Shown piece by piece: positions 46,959-58,435 of a DNA stretch of 64,000 nucleotides (its first letter is position 1; every line of letters begins with the position of its first letter). Position numbers and translations under genes: made by a program. The notes below the pieces were generated by a model. The model did not search any database and had not been told where the DNA came from. It saw only the letters and a list, made by a program, of their open reading frames with translations. This DNA is from Nitrosopumilaceae archaeon. Lineage in GTDB: Archaea > Thermoproteota > Nitrososphaeria > Nitrososphaerales > Nitrosopumilaceae. The stretch is from positions 2,944,001 to 3,008,000 of the forward strand of contig CBDCCK010000002.1 in the NCBI GenBank assembly GCA_965214835.1. The letters are read 5' to 3'.

Positions 46959-48646
46959 AGACCTTATGCGTAATCGACCGGATCGAAATATTCCGACGGT
47001 GGCCGGCCATACATGCAAGGCTGACGGCATCACATGACGTGTATGAGGGCGGCAGAGTCCGTATATAGTGCAGCTACGAGCCATTACAGCTGGTAAAAAC
47101 TACAGTATAGTGCGGCATCGTGTGGCGCCGCAATGCGCTCCGTATCGTGGTATCAGAACCCATGCATGAGCTTCTTGTTCCGCTTGTCCCACAGCAGCCT
47201 AAAGTTGGCAAGCCCGGCCGTCACCTGGAACTCCCTGTCGAACTCCTCGGCGGTCCCGTCGTACGGATCACGCATCCGCTTGTACTGCTTTATCCGTCCT
47301 ATGGCGTGCTCTACTGTCACCCTCTTGCTGCTTATCCTCCTGTTCTGCGCTTTCTGTTTCTTTGTAAGCTTGCCTTTCCTTGGCTTCTTGTCGGGCTGCA
47401 CGGATGTGGCCCCGGGATACACCTCCTCGATTCCCATGTATCCCAGATCAGAGAACATCTTTACCTTCTCGTCCTCGGGGTGCTTTCTGTTGCTGCGCAT
47501 CCTGGCAGTCAGGATTCCCAGATCCGGTGGGTTGTTCTTTATCATGGTGAGGTCGTGCGTGCTTCCGGGCGCCGACTTGCTTGCATACATCGCCAGTCCC
47601 TTCTTGTCGGCAATCACCTGGGTGTTGCGCGTAAAGCTCTTCTTCTTGCCAGAGTATGCCTCCTTTCTTGGCTCCTTGTCTGTGGGGCGCTGTATGTCGA
47701 TGTGCGTGCCGTCTACAATCACGGTCAGATCCGGGACGATCTTCTTGACTTCCTTGATCGTGCGGGCGTTTCGTATCTTTCGCGATACGGCGTCCGGCGT
47801 GGGCAGTATCTTGGTGAATATCATGTCGCAATACCTGAGGTACCTGCATACGGTGCTCTGGTCTATGCCAAAGAATGCCGCAAGCTGCTCCTGTGTCGGG
47901 TTTCCGTACTTGCGCATCAGCGACATCAGCAGGGCGTGGCGGTAGGACAGCTTGCACCGGTTTCCGGGCAAGTTGTCCTCGTCTTCTGAGAACAGGGGGC
48001 CTTCTGTGTGCTTTTTGGCAAGCTTCGTAAACCGGTCATATATGTAGTCAAACTGGCGGAGGTTCATCGACGTGGTGTCGAGCACCTCGAGCCTGTGCAT
48101 GAGGGCGGCGTTGTCCGCGGAGCGCCTGTCGTCATCCCAGGTTGCGGGCCACATCCGGCGCTCGGCGTCCAGCTGCTGTTCCAGCTGCCCTATCCTCTCC
48201 TGATCCCGCTCCTGCCTCCTGCCGTCCTGCCTGCTCTTCTTCTCGTACTCTCTGATCTCCTTCCTGTACTGCATCCTCTCCGTCCTGTCCCGCGCCTTCT
48301 CCTTCCTGTCCTGCCTGCTCTTCTTCTCGTGCCTCTTGATCCTCTTCTCATACTTCTTGATCTTCTTTTTGTCCCGCGCCTTCTCCTTCCTGTCCTGTAC
48401 CTTCTCCTTCTCGTACTGCTCGATTCTCTTCTTCAGCAGTCGTATCTGCTCGGTCTCGGACTTTGCCATTACTCTTATGCGAGAATGGATCCCGGATCTA
48501 AATCAATCGTCTGAAAATAGTTGTGGTTTTGATCAAATATTTTCAACGTTGTAAGGTACAGTCGCGCGTGCGCCGGCCCTGACTTGCCTCATTTGTAGCC
48601 CGTGCGCCGGGGGCATCGCCGCTAATTTCGTTTACGCATAAGGTCT
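46959..48646 (-). mobile_element. IS5-family (ISL2/DDE_Tnp_4-like) element, intact transposase 47153-48469
   Basis: TIR AGACCTTATGCGTAA, 3-bp duplication AAT; VDGT, YSGKKK, HD, DLGY, RVTVEHAIGRIK. Confidence 0.93.
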
Positions 48647-48649
48647 AAT

Positions 48650-49880
48650 GATGCCAGAAAGAGGTTCAGGGAGCAGAGTCGAGGATTCCGGCGATGCGGC
48701 CAGGGGCAAAAAACACGGCCCTCCGTGCGGACACCTGGGCGTATCTCACTGCAACCGGCCGTCGATGACATTAATGTACGATCTTGATTCAATGGTGTGC
48801 GTGTGGTGCGGCGCCCCGATAAGGATGATCAAGCCGCTCAACAAGCTTGTGAGCGACCCGGACGGCTCCATGCGCATGCTCACTGTCAATGCCATCATCC
48901 AAGACGCGGTCTGTCCCCAATGCGGCAGCGAGGTCGCCGCGGCAACCCCCGTCTCTAGGCGGCACGTCGCTTGGGCCCGTCTCGCTTTAATCATGAATGT
49001 TCTTTGAGAGGGGAAGCACCGGCAGAGACATTGCAGGGTACTTTTTGTGCCTGTTCGGATTCAAGATGGCCACAAACACGGTGACCGGCGCGCGGCATGC
49101 AGTGGCAAAGGCACTCCGACAGAGCATGATCCCGCACATGCAGTCATTCATTGCTGCCCGGCAGAGGATACAGATGGACGAGGCCGGGTTCAAGCGCGGC
49201 GACGGACGCATGGGGTACGTCTGGGCGCTCAACTGCGCGGGGGCATGCTTTGCAGTCTTTGCAGACTCCAGATCCTCGGAGGTTCTGCATGCATACTTTG
49301 GATGGCTGGATTCCAGTACCCCCATAGCCGTCGACGGGCTGTCCCAGTACAAGCGACTCTTTACGATAATCCGGAGGTGCCTGAGGCATCTTCTGGCATA
49401 TGTAGAACGGATTGCCGTCAGGAGGCCCGGAGGCGATGAAATACGGTATGACTCGCTGCTTGAGTTTTGCAATAGGATAAAGTCAGGACGCTTGCGTCGC
49501 TTACATATATGGAGCTTTCAAGGGAGGCACATAAAATAATCACCGCATGCGGGGACGGCCACGTGCGCAAGCACCTGTTAAATTCCATATACAACATGTT
49601 TACGTTTATGGCGTACCCGGGAATGCCGCCGCACAACAACGATACCGAGCGGTGCATACGCGGCGGGATCATATACCCTAGCGCAATGCGCGCCACAAGA
49701 TCGTGACCGACGTGGGAAGGGAGGTACTTTCTGCGCTGCTGGCGTTTTCGACGACATGCCGCAAGCAGAACATACATCCTGCCAGGGGACTCTTGGAATA
49801 CCAGCGAGATCCAGACTGTGGGGAAGCAGTATCATGCAGGATTTTTCCTCACCCCGTTTTGAAAGAGTCGATCATGCAGG
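48650..49880 (+). pseudogene. IS66-family transposase pseudogene
   Basis: Zinc finger, QMDEAG, CLRHLL, PPHNNDTERCIR across frames. Confidence 0.82.
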
Positions 49881-49914
49881 GCATGCCGGTTCCACAGGGG
49901 CAGTCATGAAATTC

Positions 49915-51429
49915 TCAAACCAGCAGCAAGAATACGGAGGCTGGAACCATTACATAGTCTGCCTTTGCATCCAAGGCAGTCTTTGAAACAACCAACCCCT
50001 TCTTGCGGCCCGTCTCGCTAAGAAAGCTCACTACCGGGGACAGCTCCTTTAGGTTCAGCCTGTTTCGAAATTTTACCTCGATTGGAACCTCTATCTTGCC
50101 CCCATCATAGAGTACAAAATCCACTTCACGGCCCTTGTCATCCTTCCAGTAGAAAACATGGTTGCCATAGTCATAGGTCTGCCTCTTTTTGCTCATGTAA
50201 AAGGCCAGCCTGATAAGATGATCAGCGACTATTCCCTCAACAATCTTGCTCTGGTTTGCCTCGTCCTCAAGGTACCTGAGGCCGGTTTCAAAGCTCCCCC
50301 TCGGGCTCAACCAGCCATTGAAAATGTGTACAAAAAACGGGTCATGAAAATAGAGCTTTCTGTCTTTTTGGATCATGGGAATCTTCTTTTGCTCCCCGTA
50401 GAGATGAATGATGGACAACACAGATAGATCATGCAGGGCATGTGCATGCTCCTGTGCGGTATTGCCGCTTCCCAACACAGCTTCTTTGGCAAGACTGTTC
50501 CAGGAAATGTGGCTGGTTAGGCTTTTGATTACGGCGCCGCCGAATTGTTTTAACAGAGTTTCGTTTTTTCCTAACTCACTCCATTGTCCCCTGATGCCTT
50601 CCAAATAACTCGTATAGGTACTTTCATGAATTGTGTTTGTCTTGATCTTTTCGTCTATCACTCTCGGAGTGCCGCCTGTCATCATATACTCCATCAGCAT
50701 ATCATTCATTTCGTTTTGATATGCGTTTATTTTATCTAACCTTTCATCGATTTCTCCGGTGACTAATTTTCTAAAAATTCCCTCCCTGTTTTTCAATGAG
50801 GACAGATTGTTTTTTTCGACTAGCTCCCTGATGCCACAGTTTCGCAGTGATGCGTATTCTGCAAACTTCATTGGAAGTAGGATTTTGTCATAGTTGTCAT
50901 CGATGATTCCCTTACGTCCGGGCAGCCGCTCGGTTGCATTGTGAATGTTGGTTGCCTGTGAGCCCGTAACCATCAATGTGCAATTAATTAATTTGTCGCT
51001 GTCTACTAGCCATTTGATGCCTTTTTGCCAGCCTGCTACCGATGATACCTCATCTAAAAACAGGTAAGAACGTTTTTCATCCCGTTGTCTGTTACTGACT
51101 TTCAAGTAGGCTTCAATCACATCAACTACATCCTGCGGGGTACTTGCTAAATCAAGCGAATAATACAGGATATTCCACGGGTTTGTTCCCTTTTCTAAAA
51201 AATCCCTGATCTGCAATTTGACCAGGGTTGTTTTGCCCACCTGCCTAGGCCCACGCAGTGTGTAGACTACGGTGTTATCTGGCTCAAAATCATATCTAAT
51301 TGCATACCCAGGTCTTGGATCGTGTCTTATTTTGGATTCTTTCCATTCTCTGATTTTTTTATCATCTTGAATGCTTGCAGGATCCTTCCACCAGGGATTC
51401 AAATCACGTATATCTGATTCTTTTACCAT
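49915..51429 (-). CDS. AAA+ ATPase (AAA_14/DUF4143 type) with C-terminal PD-(D/E)xK-like motif
   Basis: GPRQVGKTT, FLDEV, TGS, GGTP, KLYFHDP, EVDFV..IEVK; ATG at 51429. Confidence 0.92.
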   Translation of the reverse strand: MVKESDIRDLNPWWKDPASIQDDKKIREWKESKIRHDPRPGYAIRYDFEPDNTVVYTLRGPRQVGKTTLVKLQIRDFLEKGTNPWNILYYSLDLASTPQDVVDVIEAYLKVSNRQRDEKRSYLFLDEVSSVAGWQKGIKWLVDSDKLINCTLMVTGSQATNIHNATERLPGRKGIIDDNYDKILLPMKFAEYASLRNCGIRELVEKNNLSSLKNREGIFRKLVTGEIDERLDKINAYQNEMNDMLMEYMMTGGTPRVIDEKIKTNTIHESTYTSYLEGIRGQWSELGKNETLLKQFGGAVIKSLTSHISWNSLAKEAVLGSGNTAQEHAHALHDLSVLSIIHLYGEQKKIPMIQKDRKLYFHDPFFVHIFNGWLSPRGSFETGLRYLEDEANQSKIVEGIVADHLIRLAFYMSKKRQTYDYGNHVFYWKDDKGREVDFVLYDGGKIEVPIEVKFRNRLNLKELSPVVSFLSETGRKKGLVVSKTALDAKADYVMVPASVFLLLV

Positions 51430-51439
51430 GCTGATTACC

Positions 51440-51677
51440 ACTGAGCAGTTCATTATATATTCAAGAGTCACATACTGAGCAGTTCATTATATATTCAAGA
51501 GTCACATACTGAGCAGTTCATTATATATTCAAGAGTCACATACTGAGCAGTTCATTATATATTCAAGAGTCACATACTGAGCAGTTCATTATATATTCAA
51601 GAGTCACATACTGAGCAGTTCATTATATATTCAAGAGTCACATACTGAGCAGTTCATTATATATTCAAGAGTCACAT
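51440..51677. repeat. Perfect tandem repeat, 7 x 34 bp
   Basis: ACTGAGCAGTTCATTATATATTCAAGAGTCACAT repeated seven times without spacers. Confidence 0.97.
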
Positions 51678-52623
51678 CAGTCTTCCCAGAAGTAACTCAG
51701 AGAGGCACCGGTGGAGGGGGTTGGGCAGCATCCTATAGTCCGATGTACCGTGCTTGATCACGTCATTGAGGCACTGCTGGGTGATCAGGGGATCCTCGGC
51801 AATGATCCCCGTCACGCTCCACATCATCGCGTTTGCCATGACCCACGCGTTGAAGACCGCAGCCAAGTACACAAAGTACAGCATCCTTGCGACCGGGCTC
51901 TTGCGGTGGGTTCTGGCCTTTGCGTTCTCTATCGGGGATCGAGGCCGGATACAGGCCCCATCTGCGGCTGTACTCGTCCGGACGTAACAGGTTAGCCCCT
52001 GCCTAGGCAGCAATCAGGCGCGAATCTGCCTGCAGTTGTGATTTTCATGCCTGACCGGCAAGGGACGCAACTCCAACTCTAGGCAGGGGCTAACCTGTTA
52101 CGTCCGGATCTATTCCGGGCACGTTGGTCGCAAATCCGATGAGCCGCTCGTGTACCGGCAGCTTTTCCACGTCTGTCTTGCCTAGCAGCTTCTTCCTTCT
52201 CTTTGTGATGACCATCGTGTACCGCGCTGACTTGGAGGTGCCGGATACGGCCGACTCGACCTCCACTCTTTTTCTGCCATCATGTTCGCTGAGGGTTGCA
52301 ACGACGGCATCCGTGTCCTTGCACGGTATGATGTATCCGACTCCCGCCGCATCCAGCTCGGAGATGACTGCGGCCGAAAAGAACTCGCGGTTCAGCATCA
52401 CGACTCCGAGCTCGGCCCCCGCGCGGCGTGCAGAATCGATGGTTCTGCGCACGAAATCGGCCGTATCCTCAAGCGCCGGCATGTGCAGTACGCCCAGTAC
52501 AAGGCGGCAGTGCTTCACGATACACTGTATGGTTATATAGCGCTCAAAGACTGCCGTCCCGCCCTTCTTCCTGGAGCGGACAAGATCCCCGCCGTGCTTT
52601 TTGTCATAGCGCGGTATCAGGTG
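51678..52623 (-). pseudogene. ISH3-family transposase 3' part, interrupted by MITE A (51984-52101)
   Basis: NREFFS, GFATN, FNAWVM; MITE flanked by GTCCGGAC/GTCCGGAT. Confidence 0.85.
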
Positions 52624-54350
52624 GTAGGAGTTTACCCCTCAGGCGACACTGCTGGTCGGAGCCTTCATGATCACGCCTACCGCGCCGTATCCTAGGTGGA
52701 GGGGCAAACTCTTACCCTGATGCCTCCCACGCCGTATGTGACGTGCAGCCTGCGGCGCACCCAGTTGTGCAGCTTCTTCGGGGTGAGCTTTTCCATCCTG
52801 CGCAGCCTCGCGGCGATCTTTTTTATCCTGCTGACTGGAACCTTTGGCTTTCTGCCCCTGCCAGAGAAGCAATCCGTAATTAAATTACGAGTGGCAGGTT
52901 GCAGTTGTTTTCTGCCGTGTTTTTCAGGCCACAGCAGCTATCCGTTCCAGTATCCTCAGGTTGACCAGCCCGCACACGATACTGTTGGCCAGATCGTACT
53001 TTCTGAGCCTGTTTCTGTACTTGTAGCTCATTATCTTGAATGTCTTGACCCTGCGTATGCCATTCTCCACGTACACCCGTATCTTTGAGTGTGTTCTGTT
53101 GTACTCTTTTTCATCGTCGGTCAGCTTGCCGCCAGGACTCTTCTTGATTGGAAGTATAACCTTCGTCCCTGCATCGATGTGCTGCGCACCTTGGTATCCG
53201 CGATCCATATAGTGCCGCAGCTCCTCGCCGTCCTCCTCACCGCTCCAGAATGTGGGATGCTTCATCTGGTATATCTTGACGTCGTTTACGCGCCCCGGCG
53301 AGTGCGGGGTCTTGTGCACTATGGCACCGTGTATGTTGACCGTATACTGGACCTTGGCCGTGTGCGTGCCTGCCTTGCCCGAATAGTGCGACTTTTCCAT
53401 GTCCTTTCTCTTGGGCCTGTTTGTGGGCTGCTCGGAGGCGTCAGTCAGGCACACCATCCCCGGGAAGATCTCGGCCAGCTCCTCGACTGAGGAGATCCTC
53501 TTGGAGTCCTTGTAGATCTTCTCGGGGATCGGCAGGCATTGTTTTAGCAGGGGCTCAGTCAGGCTTATGGAGCGCGAGACCGACGCCTGTCCTATACCGA
53601 ACATGGCGCCAGCCACGTCCTGGGAGACGTACGTCCTGTAGTAGAACAAGACCAGCAGTACGCGGTTCCTCAGATCCAGGGCAAAGGGCCTGCCTGCGCC
53701 TATATCCCGCACACGGTCGGGCCTTGAGAGCCTCTTCTTCTCGGTATCTGGAAATTTCTTTTGCACCTCGGTACACAGCTGGTCAAACTCTGCCTCGGTC
53801 ATTCCTGCAAACATCCGGAACGTCCGTGGGTTTTTTGTCAGTCTATCGATCAAACACATGATTTGTACATGGTTTTACAGGTATTTTGATCCGTCAGGCA
53901 TAGATTAGTGCCCAAGTGGGTCAAAATCTGCTAATTAAGAATCGCTTCTCTGTAGGCGCCGTCATCCCCGGCTGCAGCATCGGGCCGAGCCCTCTCCTTT
54001 TTCCTCTGCGCCTTTTGCCTCTTCCACTCTAGCGAGTTTGCCGACGGGGCGAGTTCTCGTTCTCGTAGTATCGGAGCCGGTTGTCCTGCTCCTTGATGGT
54101 CTTGTCGCGCTTTTCAAGTGTCTTGTTTAGCTTTTCAATGGTTCTGCCCTGCTCCTCAATGATATTGTCGCGCTCCTTGAGGTCCTTTTTTAGATTCCTT
54201 ATCGTCTCCGTAGGCGATGCTGTAGATGCCTCGATCTCGCAGCATGTGGAGGGCTGACCTTTCACAATGCCTAGTCTACGCGATCATAGTATAAGGATCA
54301 GGCACTGTCAGTAATGTTTACCCTATTGTGAGGGGTAGGTGACCTCATAC
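52624..54350 (-). mobile_element. Deleted IS66-type element hosting other insertions
   Basis: Ends GTAGGAGTTTACCCCT and GGTGACCTCATAC; N-terminal coiled coil ending RYYENENSP at 54029-54265. Confidence 0.65.
52864..53950 (-). mobile_element. IS5-family element, intact transposase 52924-53859 (copy 1)
   Basis: TIR GAGAAGCAATCCGTAATTA / TAATTAAGAATCGCTTCTC; DASE, YSGK, DRGY, RVYVEN. Confidence 0.93.
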
Positions 54351-54626
54351 TCATGATCCGTCCGGCGCCTGCGGGACGGCGTGACCCGCAGCTTCATATC
54401 GAAGGATCCGACTGAATCTGCCAATCAACAGGCACTAGATGTAACGACTCTCGACTGCCTGCAGGTGCCGTCTGTCGACATGTTGCCTGCGCGGCGCCAG
54501 TCTTGCATGTATAAGAGATGTGTGGTGGTGCAACGGGTCTGCCACAACAGATGCGGAAGGATCAAAAGGTTCTGGGCAAAAAGTTCCCTGGGCGCTTTAA
54601 ATAGGATCTGATGTTGTACCTCCGGA

Positions 54627-55064
54627 CTACTTTTCCTTCAGCTCCAACTTTGCATGTGCATTATAGGTCAGCTTTAATTTTTTTAGCAAATCCGTACCCA
54701 GCAAACTTGGGATTATGAAAATATCTGCGTCCGAAGGCGTGTTTTCCTCAGCCTTCATTACGTCTATTTCATCCAGCTCCATCCAAACGAGTTCGCCGTC
54801 TGTTCCTGCCAACTGGAGAACTGGTTTTTTGATAATGTATTCACGCGATGCCTCCCCCCCTATTCCTACAGACGGGGTTTTACTGCGTCTTAATTTTGAA
54901 AAGTCGATTCGATTTTTTATTGCGGCTAGCGGCGAGATCGTGGTTCTGTCTGCACCCGTGTCAATAAGAAAATCAACTGAAATCATCCTGTCTCCCAAAT
55001 CCCTACTTACTATGTCAATCGGAACATAAACCCTGGTTCCCTCTTGCATTAATTGAATCTCCAT
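54627..55064 (-). CDS. Retropepsin-like aspartyl protease
   Basis: FLIDTGAD and SLLGTD motifs. Confidence 0.88.
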   Translation of the reverse strand: MEIQLMQEGTRVYVPIDIVSRDLGDRMISVDFLIDTGADRTTISPLAAIKNRIDFSKLRRSKTPSVGIGGEASREYIIKKPVLQLAGTDGELVWMELDEIDVMKAEENTPSDADIFIIPSLLGTDLLKKLKLTYNAHAKLELKEK

Positions 55065-55083
55065 GATGAAGACCGTGAAACCA

Positions 55084-55404
55084 CTAGAGCAGGAACCTTA
55101 TTTTTTCCTTACCGATAAAATTTACAACCACTGCCTGGTTGTCCCCATATGCCTTCCTTACGTACGATATCAGCTCCCTTGGATCCTTGGCCGCCTTGCA
55201 TATCCTGCGGTCGTAAACTGCGACATAATTTCCTCCGTATTTCACCCGCAGTCTTTCCCTGTTTGCAGCAAGCCACATGAAATTCTTTCTAAACTCTGCC
55301 TGATTTCTGCCCAGTCCGTCCCTTCCGGTAGCAAAAAACTTCCTGGCAACATCTCCAGAGCCCCCCCTTTTGAATTTAGGCTCTGTTAGGATATTTACGC
55401 CCAT
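55084..55404 (-). CDS. DUF5678-like protein
   Basis: WLAANRERLRVKYGGNYVAV pattern. Confidence 0.75.
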   Translation of the reverse strand: MGVNILTEPKFKRGGSGDVARKFFATGRDGLGRNQAEFRKNFMWLAANRERLRVKYGGNYVAVYDRRICKAAKDPRELISYVRKAYGDNQAVVVNFIGKEKIRFLL

Positions 55405-55487
55405 TTTTCCCCCACATCATACAAAACATTGGCCCTCCAGTACTTAATCTTTTCAAACACAGTTCGGTAAGAGTTTACCCCTCCCCT

Positions 55488-56675
55488 GAGAAGCAATCCG
55501 TAATTAAATTACGAGTGGCAGGTTGCAGTTGTTTTCTGCCGTGTTTTTCAGGCCACAGCGGCTATCCGTTCCAGTATCCTCAGGTTGACCAGCCCGCACA
55601 CGATACTGTTGGCCAGATCGTACTTTCTGAGCCTGTTTCTGTACTTGTAGCTCATTATCTTGAATGTCTTGACCCTGCGTATGCCATTCTCCACGTACAC
55701 CCGTATCTTTGAGTGTGTTCTGTTGTACTCTTTTTCATCGTCGGTCAGCTTGCCGCCAGGACTCTTCTTGATTGGAAGTATAACCTTCGTCCCTGCATCG
55801 ATGTGCTGCGCACCCTGGTATCCGCGATCCATATAGTGCCGCAGCTCCTCGCCGTCCTCCTCACCGCTCCAGAACGTGGGATGCTTCATCTGGTATATCT
55901 TGACGTCGTTTACGCGCCCCGGCGAGTGCGGGGTCTTGTGCACTATGGCACCGTGTATGTTGACCGTATACTGGACCTTGGCCGTGTGCGTGCCTGCCTT
56001 GCCCGAATAGTGCGACTTTTCCATGTCCTTTCTCTTGGGCCTGTTTGTGGGCTGCTCGGAGGCGTCAGTCAGGCACACCATCCCCGGGAAGATCTCGGCC
56101 AGCTCCTCGACTGAGGAGATCCTCTTGGAGTCCTTGTAGATCTTCTCGGGGATCGGCAGGCATTGTTTTAGCAGGGGCTCAGTCAGGCTTATGGAGCGCG
56201 AGACCGACGCCTGTCCTATACCGAACATGGCGCCAGCCACGTCCTGGGAGACGTACGTCCTGTAGTAGAACAAGACCAGCAGTACGCGGTTCCTCAGATC
56301 CAGGGCAAAGGGCCTGCCTGCGCCTATATCCCGCACACGGTCGGGCCTTGAGAGCCTCTTCTTCTCGGTATCTGGAAATTTCTTTTGCACCTCGGTACAC
56401 AGCTGGTCAAACTCTGCCTCGGTCATTCCTGCAAACATCCGGAACGTCCGTGGGTTTTTTGTCAGTCTATCGATCAAACACATGATTTGTACATGGTTTT
56501 ACAGGTATTTTGTACGAGGTCACCTACCATCATCAGTTAGGCATGAATTAGCATGAATGATTGTGATCCTCGTGCCTAGCTAGCAAGGGGACGTGACCAC
56601 ATACGGTATTTTGATCCGTTAGGCATAGATTAGTGCCCAAGTGGGTCAAAATCTGCTAATTAAGAATCGCTTCTC
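55488..56675 (-). mobile_element. IS5-family element, transposase 55548-56483 (copy 2, protein identical to copy 1)
   Basis: Same TIRs and translation; carries MITE B insertion upstream of the ORF. Confidence 0.93.
56512..56604. mobile_element. MITE family B (93 bp)
   Basis: TIR GTACGAGGTCAC / GTGACCACATAC, 8-bp duplication GGTATTTT; empty site in copy 1 near 53880. Confidence 0.9.
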
Positions 56676-56887
56676 TGAGATACGGCAGGTTAGGTGAATT
56701 AGCATGAATGATTGTGATCCTCGGCCTAGCTAGACCACATACGGTATTTTGATCCGTTAGGCATAGATTAGTGCCCAAGTGGGTCAAAATCTGCTAATTA
56801 AGAATCGCTTCTCTGAGATACGGCGTGGTAGGCGTGATCATGACGGCTCCGACCGGCAGTGCTGCTTGAGGGGTAAACTCATACCAT

Positions 56888-58002
56888 CAGTCTTCCCAGA
56901 AGTAACTCAGGGGTAACAGGTTAGCCCCTGCCTAGGTAGCAATCAGGCGCGAATCTGCCTGCAGTTGTGATTTTCATGCCTGTCCGGCAAGGGACGCAAC
57001 TCCAACTCTAGGCAGGAGCTAACCTGTTACGTCCGGATCTATTCCGGGCACGTTGGTCGCAAATCCGATGAGCCGCTCGTGTGCCGGCAGCTTTTCCAGG
57101 TTTGTCTTGCCCGACCGCTTCTTCCTTCTCTTTGTGATGACCATCGTGTACCGAGCTGACTTGGAGGTGCCGGATACGGCCGACTCGACCTCCACTCTTT
57201 TTCTGCCATCATGTTCGCTGAGGGTTACAACGACGGCATCCGTGTCCTTGCACGGTATGATGGTAACAGGTTAGCCCCTGCCTAGAGTTGGAGTCACGTC
57301 CCTTGCCTGTCAGGCATGAAAATCACAACTGCAGGCAGACTCGTGCCTGATTGCTGCCTAGGCAAGGGTTAACCTGTTACGTATGATGTATCCGACTCCC
57401 GCCGCATCCAGCTCGGAGATGACTGCGGCCGAAAAGAACTCGCGGTTCAGCATCACGACTCCGAGCTCGGCCCCCGCGCGGCGTGCAGAATCGATGGTTC
57501 TGCGCACGAAATCGGCCGTATCCTCAAGCGCCGGCATGTACAGTAGACTTTATGCGTAATCGGTTCAGATCCAAGATTATTACGAACAAATTCATCTCAT
57601 TCAGGTCGATTACGCATAATGCCTAGTACGCCCAGTACAAGGCGGCAGTGCTTCACGATACACTGTATGGTTATATAGCGCTCAAAGACTGCCGTCCCGC
57701 CCTTCTTCCTGGAGCAGACAAGATCCCCGCCGTGCTTTTTGTCATAGCGCGGTATCAGGTGGTAGGAGTTTACCCCTCAGGCGACACTGCTGGTCGGAGC
57801 CTTCATGATCACGCCTACCGCGCCGTATCCTAGGTGGAGGGGCAAACTCTTACCCTGATGCCTCCCACGCCGTATGTGACGTGCAGCCTGCGGCGCACCC
57901 AGTTGTGCAGCTTCTTCGGGGTGAGCTTTTCCATCCTGCGCAGCCTCGCGGCGATCTTTTTTATCCTGCTGACTGGAACCTTTGGCTTTCTGCCCCTGCC
58001 AG
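56888..58002 (-). repeat. Second copy of the ISH3/IS66 segment 51678-52863 with extra MITEs (A at 56913-57030 and 57263-57380, C at 57545-57624)
   Basis: Near-identical sequence; duplications GTATGATG and AGT confirmed by empty sites in the first copy. Confidence 0.9.
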
Positions 58003-58215
58003 GGGAGTCACGTAGACCGTCAATGCCGCAAGATCAAACCTCTTGATCCACATCTGTACTGTACGCTGTGTCACGCCGGCAATCTCCGCGGTCTGTGCGG
58101 TCGTGCTGTCAAGCAGCACGGAGCGCACCGCCATGATTCTGGCATAAACCCTGTTGTCCTTCTCGACATGCATAGCATCCGTGAGGATTTTCGTCTTGCC
58201 CATGCTAGGGGCCAT
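57961..58215 (-). pseudogene. IS630-family transposase N-terminal HTH fragment
   Basis: EKDNRVYARIMAV ... TAEIAGVTQRTVQMWIKRFD. Confidence 0.75.
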
Positions 58216-58297
58216 GGCGGAGATCTACAAGCCTCCACAGGGCGTGTAATCAGGCGAAATTTTCAATGATCATCAATATAGCAGATTACGATGAAAT

Positions 58298-58387
58298 GTA
58301 TGAATTCACCTGTCCTGCCTGAATCTAAGTAAAGAGTTGGAATCCGTGTATAATTTTTGGCATTTTCACGGACAGGTGAATTCATAC
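58298..58387. mobile_element. MITE family D (90 bp)
   Basis: Perfect TIR GTATGAATTCACCTGTCC; flanks GATGAAAT/AATGAAAT. Confidence 0.8.
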
Positions 58388-58435
58388 AATGAAATCCCGT
58401 CAAGCTTTATACGATATCGGGTCGGATAGAGGATT

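Larger units (their letters stand above)
55467..56884. mobile_element. IS66-derived miniature element hosting IS5 copy 2
   Basis: Ends GTAAGAGTTTACCCCT and AGGGGTAAACTCATAC. Confidence 0.7.

Noticed and set aside
51440-51677. 34-bp repeats as a CRISPR array
   Set aside because: Units are contiguous with no spacers
56685-56824. Second IS5 left end as a separate element
   Set aside because: Gapped tandem copy of the preceding ~140 bp; local duplication or assembly artefact
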